From Nitrospirota bacterium (GTDB lineage Bacteria; Nitrospirota; UBA9217), in NCBI GenBank assembly GCA_963840455.1, contig CAWIYV010000001.1:288001-352000 (forward strand): a DNA stretch of 64,000 nt, read 5' to 3'. The notes beneath the pieces were generated by a model that worked only from the letters and a program-made list of their open reading frames with translations, did not search any database and had not been told where the DNA came from. How positions within the stretch are numbered: position 1 is the first letter of the stretch; every line of letters begins with the position of its first letter. Of this stretch, positions 1 to 9,738 are shown piece after piece. Both the position numbers and the translations under genes were made by a program.

Positions 1-295
1 TATGCAGCTTGCACCTCGTGCAGTCGCCGATCTCCTCGCGGATGGATTCCAGGGTCGCGGGCTGGCCTGCCTCAACGGACGCAAGGGTCTTCGCAGTCTC
101 CTTGACGACAGGAGAAGCGGCCGGTGCGGCTACGGTCTTTTCTTTCGGTAGAGAGAGGGCGGCAGGCTGAACGATCGGCTTTTGATCGTCGAGGGGAGGT
201 ATTTCGACGTACTTGACGCCGAGCGCGCGCTGATATTCAAGGTGCGCGCGGACATCTGCCACGATCTCGAGGAACTCCTTTTGCAGATCAGTCAT
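1..295 (-). CDS. Uracil-DNA glycosylase family 4, N-terminal part (runs off window edge)
   Basis: Hand translation from ATG at 295: MTDLQKEFLEIVADVRAHLEYQRALGV...ATLESIREEIGDCTRCKLH. The LxxIRxxIxxCxRCxLH motif is typical of Fe-S family-4 UDG. Confidence 0.8.
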   Translation of the reverse strand, partial: MTDLQKEFLEIVADVRAHLEYQRALGVKYVEIPPLDDQKPIVQPAALSLPKEKTVAAPAASPVVKETAKTLASVEAGQPATLESIREEIGDCTRCKLH

Positions 296-434
296 TGAAT
301 GCCTTTTGGGAACCACAGATGAACACAGAGAGAGATGAAATAGTGAGGTGCAGCGCTTCGATCATCGAGTCTGTGAAACAAGGCTGACACACGTCCCCTT
401 GTCCCCTTGTCTCCGCGTCCCCGTGTCCGCTGTA

Positions 435-1286
435 TCAGTTCCCCCACTTCAATTTCGTCCGCAGGATCTCGTAGTAGTTCTTGGTGGGATGTTTGATGAG
501 CCTGACGCGGTACTTCGCCTTCTTCACTTCCACGACGTCGTTCTGCTGCAGCGCGGTGACCACCTGGCCGTCGAAGGAAAGAGAGGCGCCTTCGCTCCGG
601 GACAGGAGCTTCACCTGCACCACCGAGCTGTCGGGAATGACGATGGGCCGGTTCGAGAGCGTGTGGGGGCAGATGGGCGTCACGACAAAGCAGTGGAGCG
701 CCGGGTGTATGATGGGCCCGCCCGCCGAAAGGGAATAGGCCGTGGAGCCCGTCGGCGTCGCGAGGATCAGGCCGTCGGCCCGGATGGCGGTGAGATAGTC
801 ATCGCCCACCGAGACCTCGAGCGACACCATGCGCGCGAAGGTGCCCTTGCTGACCACCGCGTCGTTCAGGACCGTATGCTCCTCGATCGTCTTCCCCTTC
901 CGGATCACGCTCGCGAAGAGCATCATGCGTTCATCGGCACGGAGCTTGCCCGCCAGCGCTTTCTCGAGATTTCCGTATAGCTCCTCGAGCGGGACCTCGG
1001 CCATGAACCCCAGGCTGCCCAGGTTCACGCCGAAGATGGGGACGTTCTTGCGGGAGTCGGCCACGAGCCGGGCTGCGGACAGGAGCGTGCCGTCGCCGCC
1101 CAGCACGATGATCATGTCGACAAGCGATGGAAGCTTCCTGGGCGCATGGCCCGTCAGGCCCAGGCTGTCCGCGGTCCGGTCCTCAAGGAACACCTTCCGG
1201 CCCTTCGCGGTCAGCCACTTAGACAGTTTCCTGACAGCGTCGTGCGCTCTGGGCATGTCCTTGGCTATGATCCCGATCTTCTTCAT
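435..1286 (-). CDS. nadK: NAD(+) kinase
   Basis: GGDGT, GVNLGSLGF, LND and TPTGSTAYSLSAGGP motifs. Confidence 0.97.
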   Translation of the reverse strand: MKKIGIIAKDMPRAHDAVRKLSKWLTAKGRKVFLEDRTADSLGLTGHAPRKLPSLVDMIIVLGGDGTLLSAARLVADSRKNVPIFGVNLGSLGFMAEVPLEELYGNLEKALAGKLRADERMMLFASVIRKGKTIEEHTVLNDAVVSKGTFARMVSLEVSVGDDYLTAIRADGLILATPTGSTAYSLSAGGPIIHPALHCFVVTPICPHTLSNRPIVIPDSSVVQVKLLSRSEGASLSFDGQVVTALQQNDVVEVKKAKYRVRLIKHPTKNYYEILRTKLKWGN

Positions 1287-1287
1287 C

Positions 1288-1782
1288 TCACTCTTTCACC
1301 GAGATGTACTTGTCGTCGGCAATGCTCTTCCTGAATCCGGCCAGCAGCCGCTTGTACCGTTCCCCTTCGGCAAAAAATCCGATCTCCCTGCTGTTCTCGG
1401 ATACGTCGGAAATATACACGTTCAATTTCTCGTCCGGAAGCTCATCCCCGGCCCGCTCGGCCCATTCTATCACCGTGGCGCCGTCGGAATCAAGATACTC
1501 CTCGAAGCCAATGGATTCGAGCTCTGACGGGTCCTTCAGCCGGTACAGGTCGATGTGGTACAGGGGAATCCGGCCCTGATATTCGTTCACGAAGGTGAAC
1601 GTGGGGCTCGTGATGTACTGGTCCTGGACCTGGAGGCCCTGAGCGACACCATAGGAGAAGTGCGTCTTGCCGGCGCCCAGGTCGCCGAAGAGGCAGACCA
1701 GGTCTCCCGCTTCGAGCATGGTCCCGAGGACCCGTCCGACTTCCTCGGTCTGCTCTGTGCTCGAGGTGATGACGCTGAACAT
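1288..1782 (-). CDS. tsaE: tRNA threonylcarbamoyladenosine biosynthesis ATPase TsaE
   Basis: GDLGAGKT P-loop, TSPTF, HIDLYRL, IEWAE. Confidence 0.97.
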   Translation of the reverse strand: MFSVITSSTEQTEEVGRVLGTMLEAGDLVCLFGDLGAGKTHFSYGVAQGLQVQDQYITSPTFTFVNEYQGRIPLYHIDLYRLKDPSELESIGFEEYLDSDGATVIEWAERAGDELPDEKLNVYISDVSENSREIGFFAEGERYKRLLAGFRKSIADDKYISVKE

Positions 1783-2240
1783 CAGCCGGCCTGTTGCGCA
1801 ACGGCCTTGACCACGTCGCGCTTGCCCACGATGCCGACGACCTTGCCGGCCTTGACCACCGGCAGGATATGGACCTTCTTATCAGCCATGATGGTTGCGA
1901 TGTCCGTCAGGGTGGTATCCTCGGAGATCGTGATGACCTTCTTCGAGCAGATGTCGCCCACCTTGGTGGCGGTCACACGCCTGACCTCATCGGCGAACTT
2001 CTTCGAGCTCTCAAGATAGATGGCTGCGCCCAGGAAACTGACCACCGTCGGGATGTGGAGCCGCTTGTTCTGGCTGATGAGGTCGTTCTCGGTCACGATG
2101 CCGACAAGCACACCGCCCGCGTCCACGACCGGCGCACCGCTGATCTGGTTGCTGACCAGCAGGGCGGCAAGCTTCTCGATGTCGGTGGCGAGCGTCACGG
2201 TCACAACGTCCTTGGTCATGATGTCTTTCGCGGTCAGCAT
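1782..2240 (-). CDS. CBS domain-pair protein
   Basis: AKDIMTKDVVTV...ISGAPVVD...VGIVTEND and a second CBS repeat; start moved to ATG 2240. Confidence 0.9.
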   Translation of the reverse strand: MLTAKDIMTKDVVTVTLATDIEKLAALLVSNQISGAPVVDAGGVLVGIVTENDLISQNKRLHIPTVVSFLGAAIYLESSKKFADEVRRVTATKVGDICSKKVITISEDTTLTDIATIMADKKVHILPVVKAGKVVGIVGKRDVVKAVAQQAG

Positions 2241-2373
2241 GGGGAACCTCCTGAAGAATTCTGCCACAGAGGCGCAGAGGACACAGAAAAGGTCAGGATC
2301 ATGCCCTGATCCTCTACAACAAGGTCTTATCCGTGTCCATCCGCGGCCAAAATCGTTTTCGGTTCGCTCCGTC

Positions 2374-3924
2374 TCAATTCGCGGTTGCCATGATCTTCTT
2401 GATCGCTTCAGGGATCTTTTCTATCACATCCCCGGCGATCATCCCCGCCTCGCCCTTGTCCCCTGCCGCGAGGTCGCCTGCGAGGCCGTGAAGGTAGACG
2501 GCAAGGCATGCTGCCTGCGTCGGTCCGTATCCCTGCGCGAGCATGCTGCCGATCATACCGGTCAGCACATCGCCGGTTCCGCCGGTCGCCATGCCGGGGT
2601 TGCCGGTCGAGTTGATGAACACATCGCCGTGGGTCGTCGCGACGATCGTGCCCGCGCCCTTGAGCACCAGGGTCACGCCGTACTTTCCGGCAAAGTCCTT
2701 CGCAATGTTGACCCGGTCGCGCTGGATGTCCTCTGCCGATACGCCCACAAGCCGCGCCATCTCCCCCGGATGGGGTGTCAGGACCACGGGTGCTTTGGCC
2801 TTGAGCAGGATGCCGGGATTCCCCGCTAGAGCGTTCACCGCGTCGGCATCGATGACCATCGGCACGGTAATGCGCTGAATGAGATCTTTCACGACCTGGA
2901 CGGTCTCGTAGTGCGTCGTAAGACCGGGCCCAATGGCGCAGGCGCTCATCCTTCCCGAGGCCTTCACGAGCTCATCCTCAGAACCGATGCTGAGCGTCCC
3001 GTCGACGCTCTCACCTGCCGGCAAGCACATGGCCTCGAAGACCTGCTGCTGGATGATGGGAACGAGCCCGATGGGTGTTGCAACGCTTACAAGACCGGCG
3101 CCGCTCCGCAGCGCCCCCTTCGCAGCCATGATTGCCGCGCCTGCCTTGCCCAGGGAGCCGGCAATGACCAGGAGATGGCCGTAATCCCCCTTGTTGGCAT
3201 CACGGTCACGTACGGCCATCTGTCCCCCTGCCAGACCATGCTCGAGCATGATGACGCGGATCTTCTCCTTCTCAACGACCTCGGTCGGTATCCCGATGTC
3301 CGCAACCCGCACCTGGCCGGCGAACGAGGCTCCGGGGTACAGCACCAGCCCCCGCTTGGGAAGGACCATGGTCACGGTCAGGTCCGCGCGGACCGCAGTG
3401 CCCATCACCGCTCCGGTGTCGGCGTTGATGCCCGTGGGGATGTCCACGGCCACCACGGGCCTTCCTGCCATGTTCATGAGCTCGGCGGTGAGCGCGTAAT
3501 TCCCCTTGAGCGGAGACGACAGTCCAACACCGAGCATTGCATCAATGAGGATGTCTGACCATTCGATGATCTCGGCGATGGCCGCGGAGGTCGCGTTCGG
3601 GACGACCTCGACGTCGGTCTTGCGGAGGATCGACAGGTTCAACTTTGCTTCGCCCTTGAAGGAGGCGAAGGGCGCAAGCAGGGCAACCCGCACGGGCACC
3701 CCCCGGATGCGGAGCCTGCGCGCCAGGGCAAGGCCGTCGCCGCCATTGTTCCCCTTGCCGCAGACGATGCCGACCTTGACGCCGGCAAGGCCGTCGAAGA
3801 ACCGCTCCATCTCGAGGACGATGGCAGAGGCCGCGTTCTCCATCAGCACCGGCCCGGGTATGCCGAACTCCCGGACGGCCCGGCGGTCGATGTTCCTGAT
3901 CTGTTGTGCAGTGGCGATCTTCAT
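2374..3924 (-). CDS. nnr: Bifunctional NAD(P)H-hydrate epimerase/dehydratase (NnrE-NnrD)
   Basis: LMENA, GKGNNGGDG, DIPTG, LTPHPGEM, GNPGMATGGTGDVL. Confidence 0.96.
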   Translation of the reverse strand: MKIATAQQIRNIDRRAVREFGIPGPVLMENAASAIVLEMERFFDGLAGVKVGIVCGKGNNGGDGLALARRLRIRGVPVRVALLAPFASFKGEAKLNLSILRKTDVEVVPNATSAAIAEIIEWSDILIDAMLGVGLSSPLKGNYALTAELMNMAGRPVVAVDIPTGINADTGAVMGTAVRADLTVTMVLPKRGLVLYPGASFAGQVRVADIGIPTEVVEKEKIRVIMLEHGLAGGQMAVRDRDANKGDYGHLLVIAGSLGKAGAAIMAAKGALRSGAGLVSVATPIGLVPIIQQQVFEAMCLPAGESVDGTLSIGSEDELVKASGRMSACAIGPGLTTHYETVQVVKDLIQRITVPMVIDADAVNALAGNPGILLKAKAPVVLTPHPGEMARLVGVSAEDIQRDRVNIAKDFAGKYGVTLVLKGAGTIVATTHGDVFINSTGNPGMATGGTGDVLTGMIGSMLAQGYGPTQAACLAVYLHGLAGDLAAGDKGEAGMIAGDVIEKIPEAIKKIMATAN

Positions 3925-4041
3925 GAGCTAGAACCTGTGTGCATAACTGGCAAATGCAATACCGAACACGAATAGCACGAATGGGACGAATTACACGAAT
4001 GAATTACTGTCTTTAAGTCAATGTACAATCTTCAAGGAACA

Positions 4042-4113
4042 CGTCATTCCCGCGAAAGCGGAAATCCAGACATTTCATTCTATCCTGGATTCCGGGTCAT
4101 GCCCGAAATGACG
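4042..4113. repeat. REP/dRS3-like palindromic element
   Basis: cgtcattcccgcgaaagcggaaatccag...ctggattccgggtcatgcccgaaatgacg; inverted arms; related copy at 49286-49363. Confidence 0.7.
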
Positions 4114-4181
4114 AATGAGACTTTTCTCCGCGTCACCGTGTCACCGTGTCTCCGCGTCGGATCCTGCCTTTGTCCGATCTA

Positions 4182-4595
4182 TCACGCCTCGTGGTGGACC
4201 TCGGTGGCGCCGAACCGCGCCCCGCCGATGAGGACCACGTAGGCGACGGCATATCCCTCGTCATGGGAGTAGCTCAGCAGGATCTGCTTCACGCCCTTGA
4301 GGTCGGCATGGTCCTTCGCGATGCCGGTGAGGTTCACGATGGGACCTCCGCCGATGCCGTGCAGCACCTCGATATCGGTCCATTTCATCCCGGCGGAGAG
4401 GCCGGTCCCGAAGGCCTTGAGGATGGCCTCCTTGGACGCGAACCGCGCGGCGTAGTGCTGGGGAGGGAACTTCTGGCGGTTGCAGTAGTCCCGCTCTTTC
4501 TGCGTGAACACGCGCTCCAGAAAGCCCGGATGCGCGCTCCCCGCCTTCTCGAGGCGGCTGATCTTGACCAGGTCGACACCGATACCGATGATCAT
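4182..4595 (-). CDS. acpS: Holo-[acyl-carrier-protein] synthase
   Basis: GIGVDLV, AARFASKEA, LSYSHD. Confidence 0.96.
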   Translation of the reverse strand: MIIGIGVDLVKISRLEKAGSAHPGFLERVFTQKERDYCNRQKFPPQHYAARFASKEAILKAFGTGLSAGMKWTDIEVLHGIGGGPIVNLTGIAKDHADLKGVKQILLSYSHDEGYAVAYVVLIGGARFGATEVHHEA

Positions 4596-4782
4596 ACGAT
4601 CCTCTTATAAGACCAAGAATGAGACACCACACGCCAAAAGACATTTTTCTCCGCAGAGTACGCAGAGCGCGCAGAGAACGTCGCAACGAAAGGCATGGGA
4701 ACCTTTGTCTTGCATTTTTTAACTCTGCATTCTCAGCGATCTCCGCGGTAAGATCGGTTCGCCTTTGAACTTTACTACGCTC

Positions 4783-5496
4783 CTATCGGACCAGTTCGAT
4801 CATATCCCGCACGGCCCGGTCCATGCCCGCGAGCGCGGCCCGGGAGATGATGCTATGCCCGATGTTCAGCTCCTCGACCTCGCGTATCCGGGCGATGGCC
4901 TTCACATTGACGTAATTGAGCCCGTGCCCCGCGCCCACCCGGAGGCCCAGGCTCGCGGCGAGCTTCGCGGATTCCACGATCTTCCCGAACTCGGTATTGC
5001 GCTCTTTTTCAGTCGACGCGTTGGCATAGGCGCCGGTGTGGATCTCCACCCACGCAGCGCCTGTCTTCTTTGCAGCCGAGATCTGCTTTTCGTCGGGGTC
5101 AATGAAGAGGCTGACCGGGATGCCTGCGTTCTGCAGGCGTCCGATGTATTCCTTCAGGACCTCGACCCGTGCAAACACATCGAGGCCGCCCTCGGTGGTG
5201 AGCTCCTCGCGTTTTTCCGGCACCAAGGTCACGATGTCCGGCCGCACCTCCAGGGCAATGCCCTGCATCTCGCCGGTGGCAGCCATCTCGAGGTTCAGCT
5301 TCGTCCGGACGGTCTGGCGCACGAGGCGGAGGTCGCGGTCCTGGATGTGCCGCCGGTCCTCGCGGAGATGGACGATGATGCCGTCGGCGCCGGCAAGTTC
5401 GGCAAGCACTGCGGCAGCCACGGGATCGGGTTCAGCTCCCCTCCTCGCCTGGCGTACCGTCGCGATATGGTCGATGTTCACGGACAGCCTGGGCAC
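4783..5496 (-). CDS. pdxJ: Pyridoxine 5'-phosphate synthase
   Basis: [38 protein letters not shown]; GTG start at 5496 preceded by a GGAGGAG RBS. Confidence 0.97.
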   Translation of the reverse strand: MPRLSVNIDHIATVRQARRGAEPDPVAAAVLAELAGADGIIVHLREDRRHIQDRDLRLVRQTVRTKLNLEMAATGEMQGIALEVRPDIVTLVPEKREELTTEGGLDVFARVEVLKEYIGRLQNAGIPVSLFIDPDEKQISAAKKTGAAWVEIHTGAYANASTEKERNTEFGKIVESAKLAASLGLRVGAGHGLNYVNVKAIARIREVEELNIGHSIISRAALAGMDRAVRDMIELVR

Positions 5497-5695
5497 CCTG
5501 TTGCTCCTCCTCACTCCATCGTGATGGCAAAATTCTATCATCTATCTCCGTAAATATCCAGAATTTTATGTGAATAGTACCCTTGATCATCCTTTCTTGC
5601 TGCGACTTCCTTCCTTGACCGTGCATCAGGTCTCTGGTATAGTTCTTCATACTCACTGTTCACCATTTTTTCGTTCTCATGTTAAGGAGGAAACC

Positions 5696-6883
5696 ATGGT
5701 CCCTGTCACCCGTTTTGCGCTTCTCCTGCTTTCCCTGTTCCTTGTAACTACCCCGGTCCTGGCCCAGGAATCCAAGACCGTCACTGCCGAGGGCGTGGCA
5801 GTGGTCCAGGGCAACAATATGGACATCGCCCGCGACGCCGCCATCCAGGACGCCCAGACGCGCGCCGTGGAGCAGGCCATCGGGACCCTCATCGATTCCC
5901 AGACCCAGGTGGAGAACTACCAGGTCATCAGCGACAAGATCCTCTCCCAGATCAAGGGCTATATCAAGAAATACAACATCGTGCGTGAGAACAAGGAGGA
6001 CAACCTCCTGCGCGTCACCATCACCGCGGAGGTCTCCCTCGGCCAGCTGAGCGACGACCTGTCGGCCATCGGCATGCTGCTCGGCCAGATGCACAAGCCG
6101 CGCACCATGATCCTCGTGGCCGAGCAGAACATCGGACAGGAATGGTACGCCTGGTGGTGGTGGAGCCCCGGCACCGTGCATGCCTCGCAGAGCGATATGG
6201 GCATCATCGACAACACGCTGATGGACAAGTTCAACGAGAAGGGCTTCGAGATGATCGATCACCAGGCGGCGTCGCAGGAGATCAAGGTCACCCAGGCCTA
6301 CAATGTCCAGGACCTCTCCGCCCAGCAGGCGAAGACGCTGGGCAGCCAGGCGAACGCCGAGGTGGTGATCACGGGCAAGGGCCTTGCGAAACTCTACGGG
6401 AACGTCGGCGGCGGGCTGAAGTCGGTCCAGGCGGACCTTTCCCTCCGGGCAGTGCGCACCGATACGGGCCAGGTTCTCGCCACGGCCACGACCCACGCGG
6501 CCGCGGTGCATATCAGCGAGATCACGGCCGGTAACGAAGCCCTCAAGAAAGCGGCAACAGAGGCTGCAGACCAGCTCACGACCAAGATCCTCGCCCAGTA
6601 CTCCAAGGAAGCTGGCGGCACGCGGTCCATCAACATCACCGTCAACGGCCTGAACAAGACCCAGTTCGTCAAGTTCAAGGACGTGCTCCGGAACCAGGTC
6701 CGCGGCATCAAGGCCGTGAACGAGCGGAGCTTCCAGAACGGCGTCGCCAAGATGTCGGTGGACTCCAAGAGCAGCGCCCAGATCGTCTCCGACGAGCTGT
6801 CGCTCAAGGACTTCGGCACCTTCAGCGTCGAGGTCGTCAGTTCAACAGCGAACTCGCTGGAACTCAGGGTCGTGCCGAAATAA
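5696..6883 (+). CDS. Secreted protein with FlgT-like N-terminal domain
   Basis: Signal peptide, then VTAEGVA...ARDAAIQDA..RAVEQAIG typical of FlgT_N; AAGGAGG RBS before ATG 5696. Confidence 0.7.
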   Translation: MVPVTRFALLLLSLFLVTTPVLAQESKTVTAEGVAVVQGNNMDIARDAAIQDAQTRAVEQAIGTLIDSQTQVENYQVISDKILSQIKGYIKKYNIVRENKEDNLLRVTITAEVSLGQLSDDLSAIGMLLGQMHKPRTMILVAEQNIGQEWYAWWWWSPGTVHASQSDMGIIDNTLMDKFNEKGFEMIDHQAASQEIKVTQAYNVQDLSAQQAKTLGSQANAEVVITGKGLAKLYGNVGGGLKSVQADLSLRAVRTDTGQVLATATTHAAAVHISEITAGNEALKKAATEAADQLTTKILAQYSKEAGGTRSINITVNGLNKTQFVKFKDVLRNQVRGIKAVNERSFQNGVAKMSVDSKSSAQIVSDELSLKDFGTFSVEVVSSTANSLELRVVPK

Positions 6884-6909
6884 CAGGTTGATCGGTCATG
6901 GGAAACAGG

Positions 6910-6942
6910 AACGCCTGCCCGGAACCCGGGCAGGCGTTTTTT
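6910..6942 (+). terminator. Intrinsic terminator
   Basis: aacgcctgccc-ggaacc-cgggcaggcgtt followed by T run. Confidence 0.85.
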
Positions 6943-6972
6943 GCGCGCTATTACCTGATGGGCGCAGGCGGA

Positions 6973-7653
6973 TCACTGTGTTTCCACTACGTGGTCTAGG
7001 AACGTCTTAAGCTGCGACCGGTCCTTATCATTAAGCCGTGTGAATGCAACACCAATCTCATAGAGTTCCCTCGATACGTCCGTCGCATTGCACGAAGCGA
7101 TCCGTCCGTCAAAATTGATCCATACATCAGGGCTCAAGGAAAGCCCCATGGGGAGCAAACTGTTTATCTCCAGGGCCCGGTCGCTCTGGATGAGCATGCC
7201 GCCCAAACTGATGGTCTTCACTTTGAATCGGGCGGGATGGCTGAGAGCAATGTCCAGGGGTAGGGTGATGCGGAACCTGACAGATAGCCTCTGGTCAGGC
7301 GCCGCGGTCGCCTTAAGTACTTTCTTCGATGCAAGGGATTTCAGAAAATCTGCGATCAGGCCATCCTGGCCATTCTTGAACTTTATTCCCGATGAATACG
7401 CGGCAGCCTTCGTCCCTGTTTTTTCTTCATGCGCCGTTCGTCCGGAATGGACCACATTACAGCGAAGTTCGGTCCGGTCGCCATCGGTCACCAAGGTCAT
7501 CAAATAGTCTCTGCCGACCTTCAGTTGATAGGCAGTTCTAATTAATGCTCCCCCGAGGCTGATATTCACGATCTCCACAGGGTCGATAATCATCATGGTA
7601 CCGCCCAATTCCACCAGATCCAGCCTGACCCTTTCATATTGTCGCTTTTCCAT
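6973..7653 (-). CDS. Tandem PilZ-domain protein
   Basis: RQYER...NISLGG (RxxxR, D/NxSxxG) and a second degenerate RLSVR...TISLGG. Confidence 0.85.
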   Translation of the reverse strand: MEKRQYERVRLDLVELGGTMMIIDPVEIVNISLGGALIRTAYQLKVGRDYLMTLVTDGDRTELRCNVVHSGRTAHEEKTGTKAAAYSSGIKFKNGQDGLIADFLKSLASKKVLKATAAPDQRLSVRFRITLPLDIALSHPARFKVKTISLGGMLIQSDRALEINSLLPMGLSLSPDVWINFDGRIASCNATDVSRELYEIGVAFTRLNDKDRSQLKTFLDHVVETQ

Positions 7654-7788
7654 CGTGCCGTATTCCTGTCTGCTATGGTGAGGCATCCGTGCATCCCGCA
7701 GCTTGTAGATCGGGCTGAGCATCGTGAAGCCCAAAATCTTCGTCAAATTGTTTGCTGGGCCCGAAAGAGGTGCCCAGCGTACCATCTG

Positions 7789-8745
7789 TCAGCGCGTTCC
7801 TGTTGAACGCCTTAATAACGAAGGCGGTTCGCTTTCGATGACAATCTCGCGCCTGGTTCTGGGATGATGAAAGCTCAGCTCTGCTGCATGAAGATGATAG
7901 CCCGGGTCGCCCGGCAAAGCGTGCGCATCCGGTAAGGGCAGACCATTCGCGCCATACAGAGGATCACCGACCAGAGGGTGTCCCGATGATGCTAGATGGA
8001 TCCGGATCTGGTGAGGACGGCCTGTCGCAATACGGACATCGCACAGAAAGGAATCTTCGCGGCGTTCGATGACGGTCACGTGAGACAAGGAGGGCTTTCC
8101 TTTTGGAGTGGCGGCATGGACCGATCCGAGCAAAGCGTGCGGCACCGGGCCGATAGGCGTTGAGATCGTCATCTCGTCCCAAGCGGAGCACCCGGTTGCA
8201 AGCGCGCGGTAGCGTTTGCCGACCTTTCTTGCCGACCACTGGCGCGTCAATTCTGTCCGGGCATTCTGATTTTTCGAGCACAAGACGATGCCTGATGTCC
8301 ATCGGCCCAATCGATGGAGAGGAGCACCGTCAGGCGCATGGGCCCGCACGAGATACAGGAGGGTCAACTGCAGGAAATTAGCGCCCGGAAGCGTAGGCAG
8401 CCCTGCAGGCTTGTTCACGGCGAGCAGGTCATCATCTTCATAGAGAACGGTAAATGACCTCGGCGCATCCGGCTCGATCCATGGCGGCCGCTGCCATACC
8501 AGCTCGTATCCCCTGCGCAGAACGCTGTCGGCATGCGCAGGCAGACCATCGATAAGCACGTGACCGGATGCAATGCGCGCTGCCCACTCCGCTGATGATG
8601 AGTGCCCATAGTGCCGGCTGAGGTAATCCAGGAGCGTGCAGCCATCAGCATCCATGCCAAGCTGTCCGCGGTATGAACAGCCTTCGTTAAGGTGTGTATT
8701 TGTCACGGGTTGAAGCATTGAAGTCGATGTCCTCTTTTGGGCCAC
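7789..8745 (-). CDS. RluA-family RNA pseudouridine synthase (start uncertain)
   Basis: NKPAGL, LHRLGRWTSG, TGRPHQIRIH, GHPLVGDPLYG, LHAAEL. Confidence 0.9.
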   Translation of the reverse strand: MAQKRTSTSMLQPVTNTHLNEGCSYRGQLGMDADGCTLLDYLSRHYGHSSSAEWAARIASGHVLIDGLPAHADSVLRRGYELVWQRPPWIEPDAPRSFTVLYEDDDLLAVNKPAGLPTLPGANFLQLTLLYLVRAHAPDGAPLHRLGRWTSGIVLCSKNQNARTELTRQWSARKVGKRYRALATGCSAWDEMTISTPIGPVPHALLGSVHAATPKGKPSLSHVTVIERREDSFLCDVRIATGRPHQIRIHLASSGHPLVGDPLYGANGLPLPDAHALPGDPGYHLHAAELSFHHPRTRREIVIESEPPSLLRRSTGTR

Positions 8746-8750
8746 ATCAC

Positions 8751-9452
8751 CTAGAGAGCCGTGCCGAAGAGCCTGCCAATGCCGGCGGTGATCCCCATGG
8801 CGAGTGCTCCCCAGAAGGAAACTCGCACTGCACCCCTGACAAGAGACGCGCCACCGGCGTATGCGGCGGTTCCCCCCAGAATGACCAAGGTGACCAGTGC
8901 TGTCGCAGAAGTGATTTCAGCAACCCAGGCTGAGGGGGCCAGCAACACTGCTGCAATGGGAACAATGGCGCCAACAGCGAACGAGATCGCAGAGGCAAGA
9001 GCGGCCTGGATCGGCCGCGCCCGCAGGGCCTCCGTAATGCCAAGTTCATCGCGGGCGTGCGTGCCAAGAGCATCACCCGACATCAGCTTTTCTGCTACGA
9101 GCCGCGCCAGCGGTTGATCAAGACCCCGCTTCACATAGATTGAGGTCAGTTCCGCGAGTTCGCGCTTTGGCCGGGTTTTCAATTCATGCCTTTCTCGCTC
9201 GATGTCCGCGCCCTCGGTATCTGCTTGCGACTGAACCGATACATATTCACCTGCCGCCATTGACATTGCGCCGGCCACCAGGCCTGCCACGCCTGTAAGG
9301 AGCACACTCCTTTGCGAAGCGCCGGAAGCGGCTACGCCAACAACAAGGCTTGCAACCGAAATAGTCCCGTCATTGGCACCAAGGACAGCTGCTCGAAGCC
9401 AGCCAATTCGATCCGATCGGTGAGACTCTTTATGAATGTTGGGCATCAACAT
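8751..9452 (-). CDS. VIT1/CCC1 family Fe/Mn transporter
   Basis: WLRAAVLGANDG, AGAMSMAAGEYVSV, HARDELG; AAGGAG RBS before ATG 9452. Confidence 0.93.
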   Translation of the reverse strand: MLMPNIHKESHRSDRIGWLRAAVLGANDGTISVASLVVGVAASGASQRSVLLTGVAGLVAGAMSMAAGEYVSVQSQADTEGADIERERHELKTRPKRELAELTSIYVKRGLDQPLARLVAEKLMSGDALGTHARDELGITEALRARPIQAALASAISFAVGAIVPIAAVLLAPSAWVAEITSATALVTLVILGGTAAYAGGASLVRGAVRVSFWGALAMGITAGIGRLFGTAL

Positions 9453-9738
9453 AGTCTCCTTATGGCTCAACGATGAGCTCTCACACCGCGAAGCGGTTGG
9501 TATGAAGCGATCAGTTATACGTTTTACAGTTGTCGGATTTTGCTTTTGTCCTTCCCTGGCTTTCGGCTTACCAGTCTCCTTGGGTGATGAGGAGCGTATT
9601 ATGGTAACGGTCTTTCCCCTGGGAAAGACCCTCACGTTCTTAGAGAATCCGGGACGTTGCTACGAATGTTTACTTGCTGTTTTCTCCTGTTTTTTGCACC
9701 CTCAGCAACAACTTCCCCGTGGTTTCTTTTCTTCCTGT

